The translations under genes and the position numbers were made by a program. The notes under the pieces were generated by a model that saw only the letters and a list, made by a program, of their open reading frames with translations, had not been told where the DNA came from and did no database searches. Shown here one piece after another: positions 47,413 through 57,508 of a stretch of 64,000 nucleotides of DNA. Source of the stretch: Patescibacteria group bacterium UBA1388 (GTDB lineage Bacteria > Patescibacteriota > Microgenomatia > UBA1400 > PJMF01). Numbering within the stretch: the first letter of the stretch is position 1; every line of letters starts with the position of its first letter. The stretch is taken from NCBI GenBank assembly GCA_002305355.1, contig DBQS01000014.1, forward strand, positions 4,720 through 68,719, in the 5' to 3' direction.

Positions 47413-47973
47413 ATGACAGACTCAGCAAAAAAAACCTTGATAATTTTAGCAGCGGTGTTTGCCCTTGGTGCATTACTTTGGTTTGCTTATTTGTTTTCAG
47501 GAGGTGATGCTTCACCGGTCGAAGAATTGCCAGTTCCCACGGCAGCACGAATTGATAACTTGGATGATACTCCAAACACTCCAAACGAAAACGAGGATTT
47601 ATTACCTCCCACTGCGCCTGCAGCAGAAGGTGATCGAGCGATACTCACCAGTCAGACCTGGACTTGGGTAAGGACAGAGATGAACGATGACAGTTTGATT
47701 ACTCCCAATAAGCCGGGTATTTTTACTGTTATCTTCAACGAAGATGGAAGAGTGAATTTGGGTACAGATTGTAATAGTATGTCGGGAAGTTATAGTTTAC
47801 CAGCCGTTGGCCAAATTGCATTTGCCCCCTTTTCAACGACGTTTATGTTTTGTGAAGGTTCACAGGAGGGTGAGTTTTCTGGCATGTTGCGAGATTCCAC
47901 AGGATATATGTTTGAAGATGATCAGTTAGTGTTGCAGCTCAAGTATGATTCTGGGTCGGTTTTTTTCGAATAA
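47413..47973 (+). CDS. META (HslJ-like) domain protein
   Basis: N-terminal TM, Pro linker, TDCNSMSGSY, STTFMFCEGSQE. Confidence 0.85.
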   Translation: MTDSAKKTLIILAAVFALGALLWFAYLFSGGDASPVEELPVPTAARIDNLDDTPNTPNENEDLLPPTAPAAEGDRAILTSQTWTWVRTEMNDDSLITPNKPGIFTVIFNEDGRVNLGTDCNSMSGSYSLPAVGQIAFAPFSTTFMFCEGSQEGEFSGMLRDSTGYMFEDDQLVLQLKYDSGSVFFE

Positions 47974-48114
47974 AGACTAAAGATTAAGTAATTATTGCTC
48001 TAAGCAGGCAGGTTGTTGCTTGATGCCTTTGGTTGAAAATTACGGTTTGAAATCTCAAATTTATTCATTATTGACTCGAGTTTCTATTATTGATGGGTTA
48101 TAATCTATGTCCAC

Positions 48115-48192
48115 GGCGCGGTACCAGAGTGGTCTAATGGCGAGGTCTGCAAAACCTTCGATTCGCGGGTTCAAATCCCGCCCGCGCCTCCA
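48115..48192 (+). tRNA. tRNA-Cys(GCA)
   Basis: GGCGCGG/CCGCGCC acceptor, GAGGT-CTGCAAA-ACCTT anticodon arm, U discriminator, CCA; TATAAT upstream. Confidence 0.95.
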
Positions 48193-48224
48193 TCAGATAT
48201 CCATATTTCACCGGTCGTTTGAAT

Positions 48225-48884
48225 ATGACAACCAAATCAAGATTTTTAGTAAACCTTCAAAAGTTTTTTATTCAATATCGGCAATCAATCGTTGTTGGTT
48301 TTTTAATGATGGAGATTGGTTTAGTTTTCTGGTGGATGTGGATTTATTGGCAGGCGGCGACAGATTATGCAAGCGTTGTTTGGATTTTATTTAATTGGGG
48401 GTCAATTTTTGGCCAAATAGCCATTGGGCTATATGTGATGACGTTATTACCAGGCGTCATCACGCGGTTAAAGTGGTGGTCAGCAATCACGAAACCAATC
48501 GGGTTAATTTTAATGTTGTTTCGGCGCCACTTCGGTATTTTAATGTTCATTTTGGCTTTTATTCACCTCACCTTTAGTTCAACCCTCCCCTACTTGGCGC
48601 TTTATAATTTTCAGTCACCAGGTTTGCCGGCATTACGCTCGTTTGAAATTATGGGTGCGATCGGTTGGGCGCTCCTCTTTCCTCTGTGGTTGACGTCTAA
48701 TGACTGGGCGGTGAAGAAGTTGGGAAGATGGTGGAAACGGTTACACAGACTCACATATGTGGCGTTATTTTTCATTTTCACTCATGTGGCATTACAGGGC
48801 GGTGTGGGTGCGGTATTGCTCGGAGCGACAGGAATTATGGTTGCTTTGTCTTGGGTAGTATTTTGGCGAAAAAGTAGAAAATAA
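48225..48884 (+). CDS. Ferric reductase-like/MsrQ heme membrane protein
   Basis: RRHFGI...H, LWLTSND...LGRWWKRLHRLTY...H. Confidence 0.85.
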   Translation: MTTKSRFLVNLQKFFIQYRQSIVVGFLMMEIGLVFWWMWIYWQAATDYASVVWILFNWGSIFGQIAIGLYVMTLLPGVITRLKWWSAITKPIGLILMLFRRHFGILMFILAFIHLTFSSTLPYLALYNFQSPGLPALRSFEIMGAIGWALLFPLWLTSNDWAVKKLGRWWKRLHRLTYVALFFIFTHVALQGGVGAVLLGATGIMVALSWVVFWRKSRK

Positions 48885-49121
48885 TTATGGTTTGTCACCA
48901 ACCAGCTTGCGAATGTTGTTGATAATTTGATCAATTTCTGCTAATTCATCCAAAAATTTAGCATTGTGACCTTGCTCGGCGGTAGCTACAGACATTAAGC
49001 TGACAGCATTGATAAACAGCTGATCTTCACAGATTGGGATGATACCGGTTGGTTTTTTATAAACTTGTTCATCGAGCAATGATCTAATAGGGTTGGGGTT
49101 TTCTTGGGTTTTACGTGACAT
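48885..49121 (-). CDS. Hypothetical protein
   Basis: 78-aa ORF filling the gap; no motif recognised. Confidence 0.5.
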   Translation of the reverse strand: MSRKTQENPNPIRSLLDEQVYKKPTGIIPICEDQLFINAVSLMSVATAEQGHNAKFLDELAEIDQIINNIRKLVGDKP

Positions 49122-49211
49122 TAATCAAAATCCAATTTTAACAAAACGTAATTTTTGAGGACTTAAGAATACAAAATCTATGTTTTTTCTTTAAACGTTA
49201 TAATAACCAGC

Positions 49212-50375
49212 ATGTGCCATAAAATAAAGAGCTACTATATTCACACTTTTGGATGCCAGTCCAACAAGGCTGATAGCGAGCGAATTGCTGGTGACTATCA
49301 AGCGCGAGGGTTTGTGGAGGCAGATGATTGGCGAGAATGTGACGAGTTGGTGATCAATACTTGCGCGGTGCGGCAGCGCGCGGAAGACCGCGCGCGCGGT
49401 TTCCTGCACAACGTGGGGTTGTATTTTGAAGAACAACAAAAGCCCCGCCCCAAAATAATCTTGACTGGTTGCATGATTCACCACGGTGACAGGAAGTTGC
49501 AGGAAATGATGCCTGCGGTTGATGAAGTGTTGCCAATTGGTGAAGTGGGTTTTAACCAAACTGCCATTCGCAAAGATAAAAAACACGCCTTTATACCCAT
49601 TTCCACTGGCTGCAACTCATTTTGCACATTTTGCATTGTGCCATATTCGCGCGGCCGGGAAAAATCTCGTAGCATGAATGAAATTCTGGATGAAGTGGCA
49701 TTGCTAATTGATCAGGGCTACGAAGAAATTACACTCCTCGGCATGAATGTCAACTCTTGGGGATTAGAGAAACTTGGCATCGGTTTTCGTAAACTAATGA
49801 TGAGTCATCAAGAGTTCACCCGAGAAGATTTGCCAGACAATCAGTCTCAGTATTTGAGACCCAAAAAAACTCCTCCATTCGTCAAGTTGCTCCAAGCTAT
49901 TTCCAAGTTCGACCAAATCAAAGTTATCCGCTTCATGACTAGCAATCCTTGGGATTTTCATGATGAACTAATTGCAGAGATCGGTCTGAACAAAAAGATT
50001 GATCGTTATGTGCATTTACCAGTCCAATCTGGTAGCAATAGTGTGTTGTACCGGATGAATCGTGGTTACAAGCGTGAAGATTATTTGAGGGTTGTGCAAA
50101 AATTGAGAGCCGCAGACCCCAAAATTGTGATCGGTACCGATATTATTGTAGGTTTTCCGGGAGAAACTGAGGCAGAATTTGAGGAGACGGTCAGTTTAGC
50201 AAAAGAAGTGGATTGGCAAATTGCTTTTGTAGCTATCTACTCTCCCCGACCGGGTACGGCTAGCGATCGAATCTATGAGGATGATGTGCCACACCATGAA
50301 AAACGCCGCCGTTGGCAAATTTTGGAAGATTTAATCAACCAAAAACATTTGTCACATCGGCCGGTGGTGGTATAA
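49212..50375 (+). CDS. miaB: MiaB-family tRNA methylthiotransferase (no TRAM domain)
   Basis: TFGCQSNKADSE, NTCAVR, TGC, CNSFCTFC, HLPVQSGS, DIIVGFPGET; next to miaA. Confidence 0.92.
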   Translation: MCHKIKSYYIHTFGCQSNKADSERIAGDYQARGFVEADDWRECDELVINTCAVRQRAEDRARGFLHNVGLYFEEQQKPRPKIILTGCMIHHGDRKLQEMMPAVDEVLPIGEVGFNQTAIRKDKKHAFIPISTGCNSFCTFCIVPYSRGREKSRSMNEILDEVALLIDQGYEEITLLGMNVNSWGLEKLGIGFRKLMMSHQEFTREDLPDNQSQYLRPKKTPPFVKLLQAISKFDQIKVIRFMTSNPWDFHDELIAEIGLNKKIDRYVHLPVQSGSNSVLYRMNRGYKREDYLRVVQKLRAADPKIVIGTDIIVGFPGETEAEFEETVSLAKEVDWQIAFVAIYSPRPGTASDRIYEDDVPHHEKRRRWQILEDLINQKHLSHRPVVV

Positions 50376-50544
50376 CGTAAACACGGAAAGCTCAAATCGA
50401 AGCTGAGGGAGAAGCATTGCGTATTAGTTCATGCGATCAAACTGACTCAGTTATGTTTGACTAAGTTAAATATTCAGTAAGAAATTTTGGGCCGAAAATA
50501 AGGGTTGAAATTTTGATGATTGACCTGAAAGAGTTGGAAAGAAA

Positions 50545-51654
50545 ATGTTTATGCAACTAGATAAACAAAGCGTAATTAGCGTGGTTGGCCCCACAGCTAG
50601 CGGCAAGACAAATTTCGCCCTTCAGTTAGCTGAACAGTTATTAGTCCAAGAGAAATCCTCAGGAGTCGATCTCATTTCTGCTGATTCCAAACAAATCTAT
50701 CAAGGGATATCAATTTTAACTGGGGCAGATATTCCGTCTGGATTTGAAGCTCGGGCAGATCGGCAATTTGAATGGAGTTACTTTTCGAAAAACAAAATTA
50801 ATTTACATGGGATTGCTATCATTCCTCCTTTAGCAGCTTGGTCGGTGGCTCATTTTCGGAATTTTGGTAAAAAAATTATCACCGCTGCAGTCAAGCACAA
50901 CCGAAAAGTAATCATCGTCGGGGGGACGGGCTTATATCACCGCTGGTTATTTGCTGATGACTCGCAATTGTCAGTTCCGCCAAATGCAGCATGGCGTCAA
51001 ACTGCCAAGAAGATGGATCTGTATGAGTTGCAAAACAAGTTGCAACAACTTGATTCAGCACATTTTCAGGCGATGAATCGTTCTGACCAACAAAATCCAC
51101 GTCGTTTAATAAGAGCAGTTGAGATTAAGCTTTTCCAAATAAAATCAACTTCCAAAGTGGGAGTGTCGTTTTTGCTTGATGATCATCAGTACCAGACAAC
51201 CAGCTTAAACCAAAACAGAGTTTCTACTCACTCCAAAACTTTTCATGTTAAGAAATTTGATGATGCTGCTCACGACCAGTCTGTAGACAAGCAGGGCGAC
51301 GTTAATAAGGCTGCATCATTTAACCGTCTTGATCGCCTGACTATTGGGATAAGTATTGATTTACAAACGCTGCAGCAAAAAATTACCAATAGAGTGCGTG
51401 AAAGATTTAAAGGCGGTGCGGTTAATGAAGTAGCGGCTTTGCTTGATGAGCATGCTGCCCACCCAAACCATCCAATTTTTACTACACTTGGATTTTCAGA
51501 AATTAGCCAATATTTGCACCACAAAATATCTGCTGTCGATTGCCAACAATTATGGGCGTTGCACGAATATCAATATGCCAAACGCCAACTCACCTGGTGG
51601 AAGCGGGAAAATGTGTGTTGGGTAACAAAAAATGAACCTCTCAGTTTTCGTTGA
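50545..51654 (+). CDS. miaA: tRNA dimethylallyltransferase
   Basis: GPTASGKT, ISADSKQIY, VGGTGLY, NPRRLIRAVE, YAKRQLTW. Confidence 0.95.
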   Translation: MFMQLDKQSVISVVGPTASGKTNFALQLAEQLLVQEKSSGVDLISADSKQIYQGISILTGADIPSGFEARADRQFEWSYFSKNKINLHGIAIIPPLAAWSVAHFRNFGKKIITAAVKHNRKVIIVGGTGLYHRWLFADDSQLSVPPNAAWRQTAKKMDLYELQNKLQQLDSAHFQAMNRSDQQNPRRLIRAVEIKLFQIKSTSKVGVSFLLDDHQYQTTSLNQNRVSTHSKTFHVKKFDDAAHDQSVDKQGDVNKAASFNRLDRLTIGISIDLQTLQQKITNRVRERFKGGAVNEVAALLDEHAAHPNHPIFTTLGFSEISQYLHHKISAVDCQQLWALHEYQYAKRQLTWWKRENVCWVTKNEPLSFR

Positions 51655-51763
51655 CCGAGAAGAGAGATTTTTCCTTCGTCTATTTTTTAGTAATTTCAAC
51701 AGCTTTAATATCAAGAAAAAACTGCTTAGTGAACTGTCTTGAGTTGTAGGTTATACTTTGGCT

Positions 51764-52777
51764 ATGACAATCAACTCAGATTCTCGAGCGGTGACGATCG
51801 CTCCCAAAACAATCATCTTAACCTTGTCGATTTTATTGGTGATCTATTTTCTTTATCAGGTCAGAAATATTATTATCTTGTTTTTTTTGGCATTTGTGTT
51901 GATGACAGCCCTCAACCCAGTCGCTCACAAAATTGAACGCTTGACCAAAATTAAGCGCGGTTTGAGCTTGGCGTTAACTTATGTTTTAGTGGTGTTTGTC
52001 ATCAGCGGGTTACTGTGGATGTTGCTCCCGCCTTTAGGTTCTGAGTTGGCTGGTCTTGCCCACTACATTGATCTACCTTTTTTGCAGCGGGAAATTTCTG
52101 GACTGACGTTTTCTGTTCAGGAATTAAGTGCCATGATTGAACGTTTAGGCTCATCGGTTGCAACAGTTTTATCAGTAGTATCATCTACTTTCTCAGGGGT
52201 GTTTGCCAGTTTTACAGTCCTGGTGATGTCTTTCTTTTTGCTTAAAGGAAGAAATGATTTACATAAAAAATTATTTTGGTTTACAAGAAATAAAGTTGAA
52301 ATTGAACGGGCGAGAATTGTCATTGACCAAGTTGAACACCAACTCGGCGGTTGGGTACGGGCAGAACTAATTTTAATGTTCACGATTGGCACTTTAACTT
52401 ATATTGGTCTCGCTGCACTTGGCATTAAATACGCCTTACCACTCGCTCTGTTAGCGGGTTTATTAGAAATTTTACCCAACATTGGACCTACAGTGGCGGC
52501 AGTTCCTGCAATTTTAATCGCTTTTCTCAGTGCCGGCCCGATGATGGCAATTGCTGTGTTAGTATTGGCAATCATTGTGCAGCAACTAGAAAACAACTTT
52601 ATCGTTCCAAAAATCATGAGTGATTCTTGTGACGTTGACCCACTAGTAACAATATTAGCAATCTTGGTTGGATTACAGCTGGGCGGAGTTTTAGGAGCAC
52701 TACTGGCCGTACCCGCTTATATTGTGTTGAGAGTGATTTACTCTGTCTATTTTTTAAAAAGAGTCGTCACATCATAA
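51764..52777 (+). CDS. AI-2E family transporter
   Basis: LEILPNIGP, QQLENNFIVPKIM, GVLGALLAVP. Confidence 0.92.
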   Translation: MTINSDSRAVTIAPKTIILTLSILLVIYFLYQVRNIIILFFLAFVLMTALNPVAHKIERLTKIKRGLSLALTYVLVVFVISGLLWMLLPPLGSELAGLAHYIDLPFLQREISGLTFSVQELSAMIERLGSSVATVLSVVSSTFSGVFASFTVLVMSFFLLKGRNDLHKKLFWFTRNKVEIERARIVIDQVEHQLGGWVRAELILMFTIGTLTYIGLAALGIKYALPLALLAGLLEILPNIGPTVAAVPAILIAFLSAGPMMAIAVLVLAIIVQQLENNFIVPKIMSDSCDVDPLVTILAILVGLQLGGVLGALLAVPAYIVLRVIYSVYFLKRVVTS

Positions 52778-52844
52778 TTCATCACTGATATTGTTCACGA
52801 AGGTATCCACTGGAAAAAGATTGACTAATCGGCTATAATATTGA

Positions 52845-53228
52845 TGCGGTATGACCGGATGATGGCTTTGTTTCTTGCCATTGGCCAGGAATGAAGAGGA
52901 AAGTCCGGACAGCAGGCGTAGGGGATCCTGTGAAAGCAGGAGCGCTGTTCTAAGAAATGACTACAATTAGTTATTTTAGAAGCAGTGACAGTCAGAGCAA
53001 CAGAGACGATTTTTGGCAGGCACACGTGATCTGTCAAAACTGAAACGCCGTTGACTCGTTAGTAATAACGACGAGGACTCATCTTAAGCAATTAAGCTAA
53101 GTGGCAATCCTCCCCGCTGCAACCATCGAACTTCACCATAATGCACACGCGCGCTTTGTTGGTGATAATGTCATGGGCACTAGATAGATCATCATTTAAA
53201 CAGAATCCGGCTTACGAGTCATACCGCA
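52845..53228 (+). ncRNA. rnpB: RNase P RNA
   Basis: P1 TGCGGTATGAC/GTCATACCGCA, GAGGAAAGTCC at 52896, AACAGAATCCGGCTTA near 53200; TATAAT just upstream. Confidence 0.95.
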
Positions 53229-53383
53229 CATATTTAAAACTTTTGAAAAAGCTTCTTTTGCGAGGAAAAACTTAGATTTTTTTGCTGGCTAAGTGCTTAA
53301 AAATGCCCGCAAGCAATGAGGTGCTCCCTTTTTAGATTGTTTTCGCTTATACTACACTTGCGTATAAACTGGTGTGAGGACTT

Positions 53384-54070
53384 ATGCAAAGCTTAGTTGA
53401 TTCATTTGTTTTAATTATTGCGCAGTCTACAGAGGCATTTGCTGCTTATTTACCCAGAATTTTAGCATCTTTAGTGGTGTTATTGATTGGGACAGCGATC
53501 GCGAAAGTGATTAGACGACTGATAATACGCCTTTTTGAATCAATTCGTTTATCCCAAGTGGTCAAAAATACGCCCATTGAGCATTTTTTAAACAATGCTG
53601 AGGTGTCAAGTAAAGTTGAGGATGTGGTTGGCGCAATTTTTTATTGGTTGATGATGTTGGTAGTGTTGCAGAGTTCGGTTTCCATCCTCGGATTGACTTC
53701 GTTGTCAGTAATTTTAGAGCGTGTTTTGAGTTATGTGCCGCACATTATTTCGGCGGTGATTATTTTGGTGATAGGTGTTTTATTGGCAGGTTTAGCTGAG
53801 GGTTTAGTCAAAGGCACTATCAAAACAATTGATGGTAAAAGCGCGCGCTTATTGGGCAAGCTGACCAGTTATTCAATCATGGTTTTAACCACCATGATTG
53901 CTATTTCAGAACTTGGTATCGCTAAGGAATATATTTTGATTATGTTCATCGGGTTTGTGACATTGTTGGTTTTGGGTTTGGGATTAGCTCTAGGTTTGGG
54001 CGGACAACATATTGTGCGTTCAGTGCTTGAGGTTTGGTACAAAAAGGTGCGTCAAGACATCAAGGAATAA
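53384..54070 (+). CDS. Conserved TM-helix repeat protein (CmpX/MscS TM1-like)
   Basis: Two YLPRILASLVVL / YVPHIISAVIIL repeats; LALGLGG. Confidence 0.85.
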   Translation: MQSLVDSFVLIIAQSTEAFAAYLPRILASLVVLLIGTAIAKVIRRLIIRLFESIRLSQVVKNTPIEHFLNNAEVSSKVEDVVGAIFYWLMMLVVLQSSVSILGLTSLSVILERVLSYVPHIISAVIILVIGVLLAGLAEGLVKGTIKTIDGKSARLLGKLTSYSIMVLTTMIAISELGIAKEYILIMFIGFVTLLVLGLGLALGLGGQHIVRSVLEVWYKKVRQDIKE

Positions 54071-54121
54071 AAAAGCCAGTTGGTCAACGCCTAGTATTTT
54101 TCAACTATATAGAGTGAGAAT

Positions 54122-54904
54122 ATGCAAATAATTGAGGCTGTGGTCTTGGGTTTAGTGCAAGGCTCAACAGAATTCTTGCCAGTGTCTAGCTCTGGTCACT
54201 TGGTGCTGATGCAGCATCTATTTGGCTTTTCTGAATCGATGCTGGTCTTTGACGTTTTTTTACATCTTGCAACTTTATTGGCTGTGATTGTGTTCTTTTG
54301 GCAAGATATTTTAAAGCTTAACCGGCGGGATATAAAAATGTTAGCCATTGGTACTCTGCCTGCTATTGGTGTTGGTTTATTATTGACCAATCTAATGGCT
54401 GAACTATTCCAATTACCAATCTTAGTTGGGTGCGCACTATTAGGAACGGGTGTCATCAACCTGCGGAGTCATCAGCAGCTGAAGGCAAACATCAATCGTC
54501 AGCCATCTATAACTAATTCCCCGACGAACAACATGATTGCTTTCAAAATAGGTCTGTGGCAAGCAGCTGCCATTTTACCCGGAATTTCACGCTCAGGATC
54601 AACGGTTTATGCGGGTTTGAAGATGGGGTTGGATCGTCAAGCTGCTTTTCGGTTTTCATTCTTATTATCTATTCCAGCAATTATCGCTGCTAACGTTCAT
54701 CAAAGTTGGCAAACTTATCAGTCAGCCACCATCAGCGTGCAGTGGTTACCGACGATGCTGGCGATGGCAGTTGCATTCATTACAGGTTTGCTCTGTTTGC
54801 GACTCCTCCAATACTTAATTCAAGCCGCCAAATTCAAAATTTTCAGTTGGTATTGTTTTGCGTTGGGTGGCTTGGTGATCGCAATTTCTATGGTCAGCTG
54901 GTGA
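54122..54904 (+). CDS. uppP: Undecaprenyl-diphosphate phosphatase
   Basis: VQGSTEFLPVSSSGHL, PGISRSGST, FSFLLSIP. Confidence 0.96.
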   Translation: MQIIEAVVLGLVQGSTEFLPVSSSGHLVLMQHLFGFSESMLVFDVFLHLATLLAVIVFFWQDILKLNRRDIKMLAIGTLPAIGVGLLLTNLMAELFQLPILVGCALLGTGVINLRSHQQLKANINRQPSITNSPTNNMIAFKIGLWQAAAILPGISRSGSTVYAGLKMGLDRQAAFRFSFLLSIPAIIAANVHQSWQTYQSATISVQWLPTMLAMAVAFITGLLCLRLLQYLIQAAKFKIFSWYCFALGGLVIAISMVSW

Positions 54905-54997
54905 CTATTAGTTTCGTTTTAACTTTGGGTAAATTTTTGGTGATATTAAAGCAACAAAAAATTATACATTATCCATAATATAGCTTTATAAATAAAG

Positions 54998-55840
54998 CTA
55001 TATTGATTTGCCTAAATGAAGAACAACTACACAACTGAACCCATCTTTATCCCGAACTGAAATACAATCAACGGCTGCCCCCATATCATCATAATCTTTG
55101 TGCAACATTTGGGCATTATGTTCAGGGCTGTGCAACCACCCTTCAAAAGTTTTCCAAGCTGAATTATGGTTGAAAGCTAGGTTCTCACCAGCAAGTTGGT
55201 ATTGATAGCCGGCATCCTTTAAAAATTGCCAGGTTGGTAAACCTGCCTTGTTTTGATGTTGCCAATAATTATCTTTGATCATGTCGTTTAGTTTAGCGCG
55301 TGCACTACGTTCTAAAGCAAGACTAACGCTTAATTGGCTGAGCCGGTTTTCTTGGCGGTGAGTGTTGATCAGGCGGTAAAGTTGGTTAAGCTGGTAGTCT
55401 GGAGGAGAATTTAATGGCAGATCGGTTATCTCCCCGGCTGAGGTGTGGGCGCCCAAGACGGAAGTGGGCGGCGCTTTCTGCTGATCGTTGGTTGGTAATT
55501 CGGAAAGGGATACAGTCGAACCGAGAGTGGTGTGAGCAGTATCGTTGATAGGCGGCGGAATATTTTCTGGTGAAGTGTCGGCAGACTGATCGTTAAGTTC
55601 GGTCGGTGGTTGAGCATCGCGCGACTCAGGTTCGGTGACCGAAATTGAGCTCGTTCTTGATGGCATGTCATTTGGCAACTGTCTTCGCAGCGGTATAGAT
55701 AATAGACTTAGTTGTTGATTGACTGTGTGCCAAGTATCAACGAGTGGGTTTGGCTTAATCAATAGATACAAGCCGCCGACAGCGATGATGAGTGTCGCAG
55801 CAAAACTGATGAAGAGACCGTAAACCATCTTGATTTCCAT
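54998..55840 (-). CDS. CAP/SCP domain protein, membrane anchored
   Basis: INTHRQEN.L, YWQH, AGENLA, WLHSPEHNAQML. Confidence 0.9.
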   Translation of the reverse strand: MEIKMVYGLFISFAATLIIAVGGLYLLIKPNPLVDTWHTVNQQLSLLSIPLRRQLPNDMPSRTSSISVTEPESRDAQPPTELNDQSADTSPENIPPPINDTAHTTLGSTVSLSELPTNDQQKAPPTSVLGAHTSAGEITDLPLNSPPDYQLNQLYRLINTHRQENRLSQLSVSLALERSARAKLNDMIKDNYWQHQNKAGLPTWQFLKDAGYQYQLAGENLAFNHNSAWKTFEGWLHSPEHNAQMLHKDYDDMGAAVDCISVRDKDGFSCVVVLHLGKSI

Positions 55841-55933
55841 AAGTTTAGTGTAGCACCAAACCAGTGATGTGTTTAAGTTTAGACGATCTGTTCAAGCAGC
55901 TGCCTGGAGTGTTTATGGTAATTTAAACAAAGT

Positions 55934-57457
55934 TCAAATCACGATTTCCTTTGGACGATATTGCAGTGCCTCAGAGAGATGGGCGTCACCAATGATTTCT
56001 TGACCTTCTAGATCGGCGATCGTGCGTGCCACTTTTAAAACTTTAAAGAAACTGCGGGTGGTGAGTTGAAAACGACGCTGTGCTTGGTAAAGGGTTTGTT
56101 CGGCCTGAGCGTCACAAATGCAGTGTTGCTTAATAAATGCGGGTGACATTTCAGCGTTGTAAAAAATGGGTAGATTAGCAAATCTTTGTTGTTGCAACTG
56201 GTGAGCGGCCAAGACTGAGTTGCGAATGTTGGAGGTGGAATAAAGTGTGCAGTTGGTACTTTCTTGATTTAACTTGATATTTTGAGTCTGTACCCAAAAA
56301 TGCAGATCAATCCGATCAATCACTGGACCAGAAATTTTTTGGGAGTACAACTTTCTTTTTCCAGGACTACACGAGCAAGGTTTAAGTTTGCTATGCCAAT
56401 AACCGCAAGGGCAAGGGTTGGAAGCTGCTACCAGACTAAAACGTGCTGGATACTCAACTGTACCTTTCGCCCGGGTGATGTGAACATATCCATCTTCCAT
56501 TGGTTGACGAAGGGCTTCGATGGTTGCTCTCGCAAATTCGGGAAATTCGTCTAGAAATAAAATGCCCCGATGGGCAAGCGAAATTTCCCCAGGACTCATG
56601 TCTGATCCGCCTCCAATCATACCAGCAGTGGAAACTGTATGATGAGGAGAGCGAAATGGTCTAGTTGTGATCAGACCGGTGCAAGTTGCAATTCCGGCAA
56701 TCGAATGAATGCTGGTGGTCTCAATTGCTTCCTCCTCTGTGAGCGGCGGCAGGATAGAGCAAAGCGCCTTGGCGAGGAGCGTTTTCCCCGCCCCCGGTGG
56801 TCCAATCATATGGAGGTTGTGTCCCCCTGCCGCCGCAATTTGGAGAGCTCTTTTGGCTTTAAATTGACCGGTAATATCTTCTAAAAGTACTTCAGGGTTG
56901 GATTGATCAGTCAGGGTGAATTTAGTGGAATGTTGAGGGGTAAGTAAGCGCAGTTTTTGCGCATATTGAATGTAGTCAGAAAGATGCCTGATGGGAAAAA
57001 TCTTGATTCCTGTTAAAATTGCGACTTCTGCTTGATTTGCCTCAGGAATAACTACATTTAGATAACCCATTTTTTTGGCCGCCATTACCAGTGGTAAGAT
57101 TCCTGCTACAGGTTTCAGCACACCGTCTAGTGAGAGTTCGCCAAAAAACATAGTTTGATCGGTGTCAATTGAAATTTCACCAAACATTTTTAGAAGCCCC
57201 ACGGCAATCGCGAGTTCGAACGCAGTCCCGGTTTTTTGCAAATCAGCAGGAGCTAAATTGACAATTGTGCGTTTTGCTTTGATTCTAATTCCACAATTTT
57301 GTAATGCTGCTGTTACGCGCTCTTTGGCTTCATCAACTGCTTTGGCGGCTAAGCCAATTAAAATAAAATTTGGTGTACCAGTCACACCATCTACCTCCAC
57401 CTCAATCTTGACAGGATTTAATCCTTCCATGGTGGCGGTAAAGACACGTGCGAGCAT
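55934..57457 (-). CDS. comM: ComM/YifB Mg-chelatase-like AAA+ ATPase
   Basis: VNLAPADL.K.G, GPPGAGKT, RPFRSPHH, LFLDEFPEF, NPCPCG, KVARTIADL. Confidence 0.95.
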   Translation of the reverse strand: MLARVFTATMEGLNPVKIEVEVDGVTGTPNFILIGLAAKAVDEAKERVTAALQNCGIRIKAKRTIVNLAPADLQKTGTAFELAIAVGLLKMFGEISIDTDQTMFFGELSLDGVLKPVAGILPLVMAAKKMGYLNVVIPEANQAEVAILTGIKIFPIRHLSDYIQYAQKLRLLTPQHSTKFTLTDQSNPEVLLEDITGQFKAKRALQIAAAGGHNLHMIGPPGAGKTLLAKALCSILPPLTEEEAIETTSIHSIAGIATCTGLITTRPFRSPHHTVSTAGMIGGGSDMSPGEISLAHRGILFLDEFPEFARATIEALRQPMEDGYVHITRAKGTVEYPARFSLVAASNPCPCGYWHSKLKPCSCSPGKRKLYSQKISGPVIDRIDLHFWVQTQNIKLNQESTNCTLYSTSNIRNSVLAAHQLQQQRFANLPIFYNAEMSPAFIKQHCICDAQAEQTLYQAQRRFQLTTRSFFKVLKVARTIADLEGQEIIGDAHLSEALQYRPKEIVI

Positions 57458-57508
57458 GATCGCAGTTTAACACTAGAAGCTTGATCAAAGTGTAGCGCGT
57501 TGAAAATG

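Noticed and set aside
48107-48394. 95-aa ORF
   Set aside because: Overlaps tRNA-Cys and the MsrQ-like gene.
51150-51330. Palindromic element inserted in frame in miaA
   Set aside because: Only short imperfect inverted repeats (TGATGCTGC / GCTGCATCA) and no second copy in the window.
52825-53037. 70-aa ORF
   Set aside because: Antisense to RNase P RNA.
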